Origin: a virus
Lineage: Duplodnaviria > Caudoviricetes
Length of the DNA stretch: 24,297 bases
Direction: 5' to 3' (one strand)
Virus record (IMG/VR): IMGVR_UViG_3300030376_004069
Coordinates: 1-24,297 of that record
Of this stretch, positions 16,564 through 23,672 are shown in pieces. The notes beneath the pieces are model-generated. The model searched no databases. It was given only the letters and a program-made list of their open reading frames with translations, and was not told the origin of the DNA. The position numbers and the translations under genes are program-made. Position 1 is the first letter of the stretch; each line of letters starts with the position of its first letter.

Positions 16564-16754
16564 TAGACTTGACCTCCGGAAAGTTTACTTGCTAATATTC
16601 TCAAAGTTTCCATAAAGCTTTTGTCTAGTTCTTTTGCAGCTTTAGCGAACTCTTTAGGAGAGATCTCGTCGGACTTAATTCCTCTGCGCTCTAAAAAGCT
16701 TTTTGCAGCTCTTATCTCTGCTTGTGCTACTTTTTTAATCGCTGCTCGTGCCAT
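16563..16754 (-). CDS. Small basic helical protein
   Basis: 63 aa MARAAIKKVAQAEIRAAKSFLERRG...; fills the operon gap. Confidence 0.75.
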   Translation of the reverse strand: MARAAIKKVAQAEIRAAKSFLERRGIKSDEISPKEFAKAAKELDKSFMETLRILASKLSGGQV

Positions 16755-16756
16755 AA

Positions 16757-16954
16757 TTAACCTTTTATCTTTTTATTAATGTATAAGACAGCAGCATAAA
16801 CGACAAGTCCAAAAACTGTGGCAACGCCAATATCGACCAAATGCTCACGCATGTTATAAATAAATTCAATGCCAGCTTCTACATCACTCATGCCACCACC
16901 TTCGCTAAAAGTAATGTTTTTTGTGCCAGTAAAAGTTTCTATTGTTTGTTCCAT
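16757..16954 (-). CDS. Small membrane protein (one C-terminal TM helix)
   Basis: IGVATVFGLVVYAAVLYI followed by NKKIKG; TAATG coupling. Confidence 0.7.
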   Translation of the reverse strand: MEQTIETFTGTKNITFSEGGGMSDVEAGIEFIYNMREHLVDIGVATVFGLVVYAAVLYINKKIKG

Positions 16955-17373
16955 TATCTAGCATTCTTTTTTTGATCTGGGTGTACTGGGGATCTTGTAA
17001 AATATTCTAATGTGCTTTCTAAATTTTTAACACGAGCCTGAACTTTAATTATCTCCATCATATGAGAAGCCATGCCACCAACATCCTCATGCACTAAGTC
17101 AATTTCTTCCCAGATGTCGTTGTCCGCATCTTCCATATCCTCATATATTTCAGCAAGGATATCGATCATTTCCTCGATATTTTCTTTATTCTGCTCTACA
17201 TCTCTTATCAAATTAGTTTTATCAGTAGCATTATTTTCAACAGTCAGAATATTAACTGTTTCTTCAAGGTTTGATATTGTGCTGGCTTGCTGTGCCGTCC
17301 ACCAAATAAAGCCACCGATCTGGGCAATCACGACACCTACGACAGCAATACTTACTTTGGGCATTTTATCCAT
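16954..17373 (-). CDS. N-terminal TM plus acidic coiled-coil protein
   Basis: Start at ATG 17373 (TAATG): VSIAVVGVVIAQIGGFIWW then heptad-like acidic sequence. Confidence 0.75.
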   Translation of the reverse strand: MDKMPKVSIAVVGVVIAQIGGFIWWTAQQASTISNLEETVNILTVENNATDKTNLIRDVEQNKENIEEMIDILAEIYEDMEDADNDIWEEIDLVHEDVGGMASHMMEIIKVQARVKNLESTLEYFTRSPVHPDQKKNAR

Positions 17374-17630
17374 TACCAAGCCTTACACGACCAATAGCGT
17401 GCCTTTGTTTTTGGTCCAGGATTGTCGCAGTTATGCCTTGCTCTAAAATTACTCCTGCGTCCTTTTTGATTTTTCTTAATACGCATATTAGGGTCGCCGA
17501 AGGTAACACGCTTCACTTTATCGCCATCCATAACATAAACGACTGACTTCTTTTTGCCATAGCTCGTTTCGCCTTTAGCAATCCTGCGAGGCTTATTTAG
17601 TTTTACAGTCTTGCCTTTGTACTTAGCCAT
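17373..17630 (-). CDS. Basic small protein (FGDPNM...RRSNFRARHNC...ARYWSC motif)
   Basis: 85 aa, K/R-rich, TAATG-coupled on both sides. Confidence 0.85.
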   Translation of the reverse strand: MAKYKGKTVKLNKPRRIAKGETSYGKKKSVVYVMDGDKVKRVTFGDPNMRIKKNQKGRRSNFRARHNCDNPGPKTKARYWSCKAW

Positions 17631-17791
17631 TACTTTTTCTTTTGCGCAGGTGTATGAACTTTTTGTATTTCGAATGAAGCTTTTTTAACTGCACCTTTAT
17701 GTGGTTTGTAATCACCTTTCATTAGTTTAAATCCTGAACCAGATTTCATCCAATGAAAACCTTTTGGTGCTTCAACTGCTTTTTTTGCCAT
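17630..17791 (-). CDS. Basic microprotein (53 aa)
   Basis: Hand translation MAKKAVEAPKGFHWMKSGSGFKLMKGDYKPHKGAVKKASFEIQKVHTPAQKKK; its stop overlaps the next ATG. Confidence 0.8.
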   Translation of the reverse strand: MAKKAVEAPKGFHWMKSGSGFKLMKGDYKPHKGAVKKASFEIQKVHTPAQKKK

Positions 17792-18047
17792 TTTTCTTTT
17801 TCCCTTTCAATAAATCGGAGTCTGCCTTTCTAGCTCCTCCTTTGCCACTTACAAAACTTTTTACCCTTCCCATTGCCCAAGCGTGTTGCGATGTTTTAGG
17901 TCTACTGCCAGAACTAAAATATGCACCTTGTCCTCTTTTATAAACCTGATCTAGTTTGGCTTTGCTGAATCTTCCTGCTCCTGGAATAGAAGAGTATCGT
18001 CCCATGTCCTTTTTAGGTTTGGCTTTTTTCTTAGGTTTTGTTGCCAT
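17772..18047 (-). CDS. Basic protein, DUF5824-like by recollection
   Basis: LDQVYKRGQGAY...SRP...QHAWAMGRVKSFV...ADSDL flanked by Lys-rich tails. Confidence 0.8.
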   Translation of the reverse strand: MATKPKKKAKPKKDMGRYSSIPGAGRFSKAKLDQVYKRGQGAYFSSGSRPKTSQHAWAMGRVKSFVSGKGGARKADSDLLKGKKKNGKKSS

Positions 18048-18229
18048 TAACTTTTGCTCCTTTGCTTGCTTATTCTTTGCATTTCTGCTTTTGTAAGCGT
18101 GCCTTCCCTGTATTTTTTGGCAGTCCTTTTTATTTCTTTCTCTCTTGCCTTAGGATTCTTCGCACCTTGCAGGTATTTTTTAGGAACACCTTTTTTGGTT
18201 TTAGCAACTTTTTTAAACTTTTTTGGCAC
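18047..18229 (-). CDS. Basic microprotein (about 60 aa)
   Basis: Likely start GTG 18229 (GAGG upstream) or ATG 18241: PKKFKKVAKTKKGVPKKYLQGAKNPKAREKEIKRTAKKY... Confidence 0.75.
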   Translation of the reverse strand: MPKKFKKVAKTKKGVPKKYLQGAKNPKAREKEIKRTAKKYREGTLTKAEMQRISKQRSKS

Positions 18230-18365
18230 TTTTCCTCGCATTCTTGAAATCAGATTTTTTCGGAGCACCTTTCGTTCCTGGCTTCCTCATTCTCTCGCCA
18301 GAACCAGCTTTTATTCGTTTCTTTTTAGCATTTATGTTAGCATATAATCCTTTTTTGCCAGCCAT
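18213..18365 (-). CDS. Basic microprotein (50 aa)
   Basis: Hand translation MAGKKGLYANINAKKKRIKAGSGERMRKPGTKGAPKKSDFKNARKSAKKV; TAATG coupling. Confidence 0.8.
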   Translation of the reverse strand: MAGKKGLYANINAKKKRIKAGSGERMRKPGTKGAPKKSDFKNARKSAKKV

Positions 18366-18487
18366 TACTTCTTCTTCTTTTTAAGCTTTTTAAAATCGGC
18401 ACCTGTGATTTTATTACGAGGTTTTGCAATAGCAGCAAGTTTCTTCTGCTTTGGGGAATATGACTTACTTCCTTTTGGCTTCGGCAT
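18365..18487 (-). CDS. Basic microprotein (40 aa)
   Basis: Hand translation MPKPKGSKSYSPKQKKLAAIAKPRNKITGADFKKLKKKKK; perfect SD AGGAGGT. Confidence 0.8.
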   Translation of the reverse strand: MPKPKGSKSYSPKQKKLAAIAKPRNKITGADFKKLKKKKK

Positions 18488-18488
18488 A

Positions 18489-18761
18489 TTAACCTCCTAG
18501 GATCTGATTCATCATAGAATGAACATCGTCGCCAGAGCCAACTTTCATAATTTTGACTTTAACATCCGAGTCGTGATCTTCCATCATTTCCTCTTCTTCA
18601 TACTCGTCGCCAATGCCATGTTGCATCTGGTGACAAAGCAATAAAAAGTTTACAAGCTGATCGTCGGTCATGTCTAGACCTTCGGAGTCGTGAGCGAAAC
18701 CCATTTTCTCCATGAAGAGTTCAGCATTCTCTTCCATATTTTCTACATTTACTTCAGCCAT
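18489..18761 (-). CDS. Acidic Met/His-rich small protein
   Basis: 90 aa with about 23 D/E, 11 Met and 5 His by hand count; SD AGGAGGT. Confidence 0.8.
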   Translation of the reverse strand: MAEVNVENMEENAELFMEKMGFAHDSEGLDMTDDQLVNFLLLCHQMQHGIGDEYEEEEMMEDHDSDVKVKIMKVGSGDDVHSMMNQILGG

Positions 18762-18770
18762 ATTAACCTC

Positions 18771-19244
18771 CTATTGGTTCATTTCCATATCTCTAATTCC
18801 GGACTCTACATCCTGAACTAGAATGCCAGCATTTTTAGCTCCCATCATTTCTCGCTCAGTCATCTCGACAACTTTACCATCGACCATGTAGCTCTTTGTT
18901 TCGCCACCACTCATCATACCACGAAGTGCACCACCAAGGCTTTGTAAAATAGACATAATGCCAGATGACTCGCCTTCAGTAAGTGCACCACCAGCCATAA
19001 CCTTTTGCTTGGTCATTTCTAAACCATCGATAATGTCTTTAGTTCCTGTTGGATCCATCTCCATAAGACCCATCTGAGCATTGTTAATCATTTGTATTTC
19101 GCCACTTGCCCTAGCTGAGTCCATTTCTGATGGTTTCATGCTTACTGCTTTTCCATCAACAGTGTAAGACATCTCCATCTCATTAGCAGGCATTTTTGCA
19201 TCCGCTGATAAAAGCCTATTCATTTGTTCTGTTTGGTCTGCCAT
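18771..19244 (-). CDS. Met-rich protein with an internal duplicated motif
   Basis: 157 aa, about 22 Met; SYxVDGKxVxM motif twice; SD AGGAGG. Confidence 0.8.
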   Translation of the reverse strand: MADQTEQMNRLLSADAKMPANEMEMSYTVDGKAVSMKPSEMDSARASGEIQMINNAQMGLMEMDPTGTKDIIDGLEMTKQKVMAGGALTEGESSGIMSILQSLGGALRGMMSGGETKSYMVDGKVVEMTEREMMGAKNAGILVQDVESGIRDMEMNQ

Positions 19245-19253
19245 TTCAGCCTC

Positions 19254-21023
19254 CTATGATGTTAATGCTGCGTTGTTAGCTGCAACAAACTGGTCGTATT
19301 GAGCTTGATTTGGGAAAGTAACCAGCTGACCAGAAGCTGGGTCTGTAACGGAATAAACCTGATTTTGTGCTAAAATATCTGCATCTAAGTCAGGGTTGTA
19401 TGCATCTGTGTAATTTGTAGAAATTAAATTGCCTTGCGCATCGTAGTCTTGCGAGCCGATTGCGACTTGCTCCTCGCCTATTTTTAAAACTGTTGGGTCT
19501 CCAGTTAGCCTATAATTAGAACCAATAGACTCAGGATTTATCAACGCACCATCAGCACCAAAGAAAGAAGTTGTTCCGTCTGGGTTTTCAACTTTACGAA
19601 CCATCTCATCGAACTGCTCTGGGGAATAACCGAACCTTGTTAAATAGCTTCCTATGAATCTGTCCCACATTCCTCCTGAACGACCACCATAAAAATCACC
19701 CATTATGTCCCTAGTTCCATAGATGTCTCTTGAGTATGGTTCTGCACCACTGTCAGTGAAAATACTATCAGTTACACCTTCACCACCAAAAATACCATCC
19801 TCATCACCACCACCAAGATCTGTTAAGTCTGTCATTCCCCCAGTTATATTGGAGCCATCTTCATTCACTTCATCTGCGAGATCAAGATCTATCAGCGACT
19901 CTCCCAAAAGACTCAAGCCACCAGTGGTGTCTCCTTCGCTTCCTGCGACAACAACCGAACCATCTGTGTTTACAGTATAGCTTCCACCAGACTCATAAGT
20001 TTCTGAAACACCATCGCCATCTAGATCTGCTGTGAAACCTTCGTTCACTATAAAACCTGTAGCAGTTGTTGAGCCATATGGGTCTAATGCAGCTGCAGCT
20101 GCTGTTGTATCATATCTAGTTATAAAGTCCTCATAACTTCCTGCACTACCTCCAGGAAGCAACTCGGCATATAGACTTGATGTAATATCGTCAGCATTTA
20201 CATTCGTGCCAATTTTTATTGTACTGCCGTCGGATCCTGTTATTTTTCCTGTTTCAGCATCGTAAGATGATCCTGCATTTGCACCAACTGTTGCTTCTAT
20301 TCCTACATCATCAGGAACAAGAACACTGTCTATATATGTTGTTCCATCATTAGGTGTAAAAAAGTTTGCAATACTTTCTATTACTGTGTTATCATTTTCA
20401 GCAGCTTCTTCAGCAGCATATTGCGCATTCGCTGCATCTCTTGCAGCAGCAGTTGGGTGGGAAATACCTCTGCTATCTATAAATTCTCCCACAGCTGTAT
20501 CAGCTGTTGTTGTATCAGCTGTTGCTGTGTCAGTTGTTGCTGTTGAGGTTGTATCAGTTGTTGCTCCAGGATTGTAAGTGTCTGTGTCAGCTGAACCAAG
20601 AGTTACAATTTCTGTAACAGTGTCAGCAGCTGCTGAACCAATATTAGAAGCAACATTAGAAATCGTCTCGACAGCTGCGCTCCCAGCGTCGCTAACAAAA
20701 TCAACTGCTGAACTGACTGTGTTGCTAATCGCCGAACCAACACTAGATATTGCATTTCCTATACTAGAAAAAATACCACCACCATCATCGTCATCATCGT
20801 CGTTACTGCTAGAGCTAGAAGATGATCCACCTCCTCCACCCCATCCACTACTTCCTCCAAAAAAGAAATAAGCAGGAACACCATCAGGACCAGCAACAGG
20901 AGGCAAGTTGCCTCTGTAGTCTTGAATAAGACTCTCCTCTTCTGGATTAATATATGCCAACATATGTGGCTGACCACCAATAGTCGTTTCTCTGGGGATA
21001 GAACTTAGTGCTCCATAATTCAT
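19254..21023 (-). CDS. Large acidic low-complexity protein, putative internal virion/ejection protein
   Basis: 589 aa. N-terminal GQPHMLAYINPEE...GPDGVPAY, poly-G/S/D tracts, an amphipathic segment and a Thr-rich linker. Only 4 Lys and no Cys. Confidence 0.7.
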   Translation of the reverse strand: MNYGALSSIPRETTIGGQPHMLAYINPEEESLIQDYRGNLPPVAGPDGVPAYFFFGGSSGWGGGGGSSSSSSSNDDDDDDGGGIFSSIGNAISSVGSAISNTVSSAVDFVSDAGSAAVETISNVASNIGSAAADTVTEIVTLGSADTDTYNPGATTDTTSTATTDTATADTTTADTAVGEFIDSRGISHPTAAARDAANAQYAAEEAAENDNTVIESIANFFTPNDGTTYIDSVLVPDDVGIEATVGANAGSSYDAETGKITGSDGSTIKIGTNVNADDITSSLYAELLPGGSAGSYEDFITRYDTTAAAAALDPYGSTTATGFIVNEGFTADLDGDGVSETYESGGSYTVNTDGSVVVAGSEGDTTGGLSLLGESLIDLDLADEVNEDGSNITGGMTDLTDLGGGDEDGIFGGEGVTDSIFTDSGAEPYSRDIYGTRDIMGDFYGGRSGGMWDRFIGSYLTRFGYSPEQFDEMVRKVENPDGTTSFFGADGALINPESIGSNYRLTGDPTVLKIGEEQVAIGSQDYDAQGNLISTNYTDAYNPDLDADILAQNQVYSVTDPASGQLVTFPNQAQYDQFVAANNAALTS

Positions 21024-21247
21024 GCTGCTGGTGCTCCTTGCTGTTGCGGTGGTGGCATTGCTGCCATGACGTTGCCAAGTGCACCTAGCTCGCCTTGATT
21101 CATTTTCTGGCGAATCTCCATTACTTTTTGCATCAGGTATTGGTTTGCGTCAAACGGTTGATTTCCTTGTTGCGGTGCTTGATTTTGAGGCAAGCCACCG
21201 AATGCAGCTGGATTTATTGGTCTAATAGAGGCTAACAATTCATCCAT
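21020..21247 (-). CDS. Small Gln/Pro-rich hypothetical protein
   Basis: 75 aa, overlapping the portal stop and the next start; GGAGG upstream. Confidence 0.7.
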   Translation of the reverse strand: MDELLASIRPINPAAFGGLPQNQAPQQGNQPFDANQYLMQKVMEIRQKMNQGELGALGNVMAAMPPPQQQGAPAA

Positions 21248-23672
21248 TTTTCATAGCCTCCATCTGCATTTTAGCTGCATTCTTTTCTCGTTCTAGTTGC
21301 AACTCAGCTTCTAACTTTAAAACTTTCGCTTCTAAGTCTGCACGAGCTTTGGCTGCATCGATTTCCATATCTTGTTTGGCTTCAGCTTCTTTAATTGCGA
21401 TTGAGGACTGTGCTTTAGCTTGGTCTGCAGCGATTTGGGCTTCCGTCCTAGCTTTGAGTGCTTCAGCTTCGAGTTGGGCAAGTTGCTTGGCATATTGTAA
21501 TGGATCCTGCTGTTGACCTTTCGGCTGAATTGCAGCAATCGCTTTCATCTGAGGTGCCTCTTGCACAACCTGAGCAGCACGCTGACTAATTAGCCTGTCT
21601 AAGTCTGGGTTGATATCTTCGAACTGGAAGTCAGCTTCTTTCAAGTCCGGAATAGTTGGTAATGGCACGCCAATACTTGCTTCCATTCGAGTTCTATAAA
21701 GCAACGCAATGTGCTCAGCAACATGGGCAACTAAAACAGGTTGCATGCCTGCAGCTCCAGGATTTCCAGCGAGCGATGGGTCTTGTAAAAACTGCATGTG
21801 AACTGCGATGTGCGATTCGTGATCTTGCTCTATAAATGCTTTTATCGGTTTGCCATACATAACAGACATATTTTCATCGATAGGATCTAACATAGGTGCA
21901 TCTGCAGGCTTGACCAATATCTCGTCAATATTAGGAATTCGAATCGCTTCATACATACGTTTGTATGCAGAATACATATCGTGCATGTCTGGTGCTGACT
22001 GAGCCATCTGTAAAACAGCTTGAGCCTGAGCAATCCTCTGGGCAGTAGAAAAAATGTTGGGGTCACTGACTGGGAGAATATCAATGCGTTCGTTAAAGTC
22101 AGCAGCGAACACTTCTGAGTCGCCACCTATCAACGAAAATGTAAACTGCTCCGGAAGGTTTTCGGCATTCAAGTCGGCTAGGAGCTTGAACTCTTGACCT
22201 TGGGAATAATGCAACCTTTTATGGATCGCAGAGAACGCTTTGCTGCCTTGTTCAATTAAGGCAACTGTCGAACCAACAGGTGCATTTGGGTTCACATCCC
22301 CAACATTGAGATCAGCTGTGCTAGCAAAACGCTGACCTGCCTCTACAATATAGCCGAGTAAACTGAACAAAGATCCGCTTGGTTCTTTGAAAGGCAATGG
22401 CATTATTGCTTTGTTAACATCGTCGACTGTTGCATCTAAATCGACAAACTCTCCAGGATTTACCTGAACCTCACCACCCGAAACTCTGCCTCTTAGCTTG
22501 AAGCCACCTTGCATATTGCTAAATGCAGCGGAGTCTAAAAGAGCTCGTAAGGATCCAGTTGCTGCTTTACCCAGACCACCAATAAGATGATATAAGCCAA
22601 AGCCATAAAAACCCAATCCAGGAAGGAACTTATAAGATACAAACCAATCCCTGCGTTTCTTTAGCTCGTCGTCTTCTTTCCAGTTACGACGAATGCTAAC
22701 AATAGATTCATTGTCATAGTCTACTGTAACAACATAAGGAATAGCAACTACATTGTCGTCGTCTGGGTCTTCTTCCTCGAACGAGTGGTAAACATGCATC
22801 TCTAAAAGAGTCATTATATTGTCTTGCGAGTCGTCGGCATACTGGTCGACACCTTCTATCTCGCCAATGGTATCGCCTGATGGATCTAAATCGCCACCTT
22901 GGTCGGTGCTTGGTAAATAATAGCCAGACTGAACATAACGATTGTAATCGTTTTTAGGCATGCGAATAACATGCGTGTATCTAGGTGAGGTGTATAAATC
23001 TTTGCTTTCCGGAGCGACAACGAAGTCTTCAGCTTTTACGAACTGCGAACATTGCCTGTCCATATTGCTGTCCCACCAAACCTTTTTAAATGTCTGGCCA
23101 ACGAGCGGTAAATGGAAAAGCATTTGATCTAGATCAGGGAAATACTCTGGCATCTCCTGCGTGATCTGGTAATTCATATATTCACGAACTCTGCGAGCTT
23201 GCTCCTCAAGTTCTTCACTTGGGTCACCAACGATAACTGTCTTGACTGGACCACCACTAGGATAAAGTTCAGCGATAGCTCTAGCATTAAACTGTGTTGC
23301 AGCTTCAGCAATCATAGGATGCACAACTGTGCTAAGTCCACGAGTGGCACGCTCATCCTCGGACTCATCCATACCACCATCTGGGTCTAGAGTTTTCAAA
23401 CCTTTTTTGTATCGTTCTTCCCACTCGGAGCGAGCTTCACGATCATTATTGTAATATGTAATGAGTTCAGATGCAGCAGAGTTGAGCTCTTTATCAGACA
23501 TCTCCTCAGCTAAGTTCTGGTCAAAGGTGCTGTCTGTTTCCGGAATATTGTCTAGCTCTGGGTCTCCGATTAAAACATCATCACCAATTGTTTCAACTTG
23601 TAAGTCATCAGCAGGAGCAGGTTCTGCAAAGGGAGCTAACTGTTGTTGAATCGCAACTGGTTTTCTAGCCAT
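21240..23672 (-). CDS. Portal protein (P22-like, long C-terminal helical extension)
   Basis: 810 aa directly after the terminase; VVHPMIAEAATQF, YKFLPGLGFYGFGL, APVGSTVALIEQG, and a C-terminal coiled coil. Confidence 0.9.
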   Translation of the reverse strand: MARKPVAIQQQLAPFAEPAPADDLQVETIGDDVLIGDPELDNIPETDSTFDQNLAEEMSDKELNSAASELITYYNNDREARSEWEERYKKGLKTLDPDGGMDESEDERATRGLSTVVHPMIAEAATQFNARAIAELYPSGGPVKTVIVGDPSEELEEQARRVREYMNYQITQEMPEYFPDLDQMLFHLPLVGQTFKKVWWDSNMDRQCSQFVKAEDFVVAPESKDLYTSPRYTHVIRMPKNDYNRYVQSGYYLPSTDQGGDLDPSGDTIGEIEGVDQYADDSQDNIMTLLEMHVYHSFEEEDPDDDNVVAIPYVVTVDYDNESIVSIRRNWKEDDELKKRRDWFVSYKFLPGLGFYGFGLYHLIGGLGKAATGSLRALLDSAAFSNMQGGFKLRGRVSGGEVQVNPGEFVDLDATVDDVNKAIMPLPFKEPSGSLFSLLGYIVEAGQRFASTADLNVGDVNPNAPVGSTVALIEQGSKAFSAIHKRLHYSQGQEFKLLADLNAENLPEQFTFSLIGGDSEVFAADFNERIDILPVSDPNIFSTAQRIAQAQAVLQMAQSAPDMHDMYSAYKRMYEAIRIPNIDEILVKPADAPMLDPIDENMSVMYGKPIKAFIEQDHESHIAVHMQFLQDPSLAGNPGAAGMQPVLVAHVAEHIALLYRTRMEASIGVPLPTIPDLKEADFQFEDINPDLDRLISQRAAQVVQEAPQMKAIAAIQPKGQQQDPLQYAKQLAQLEAEALKARTEAQIAADQAKAQSSIAIKEAEAKQDMEIDAAKARADLEAKVLKLEAELQLEREKNAAKMQMEAMKNG

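Noticed and set aside
9587-20336. YIDSVL hexapeptide shared by the 514-aa and 589-aa proteins
   Set aside because: It is a single match in unrelated contexts and is not kept in the second cupredoxin-like repeat, so it is probably chance.
20490-20845. Short repeats (TCA/CCA triplets, GTATCAGCTGTTG units) as a CRISPR or satellite array
   Set aside because: They are imperfect and explained by poly-Asp/Gly/Ser and TADT coding tracts; there is no repeat-spacer structure.
1566-22126. Nested minus-strand alternative-frame ORFs (1566-1775, 9801-9998, 10753-10947, 12318-12632, 12871-13080, 13540-13746, 13761-14036, 14061-14249, 20759-20980, 21332-21538, 21887-22126)
   Set aside because: They lie essentially inside structural genes, are short, and have no protein-like motifs.
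199-23649. All plus-strand ORFs in the track (e.g. 199-468, 8778-9029, 17072-17446, 20578-20871)
   Set aside because: They are antisense shadows of well-supported minus-strand genes, with no recognisable motifs.
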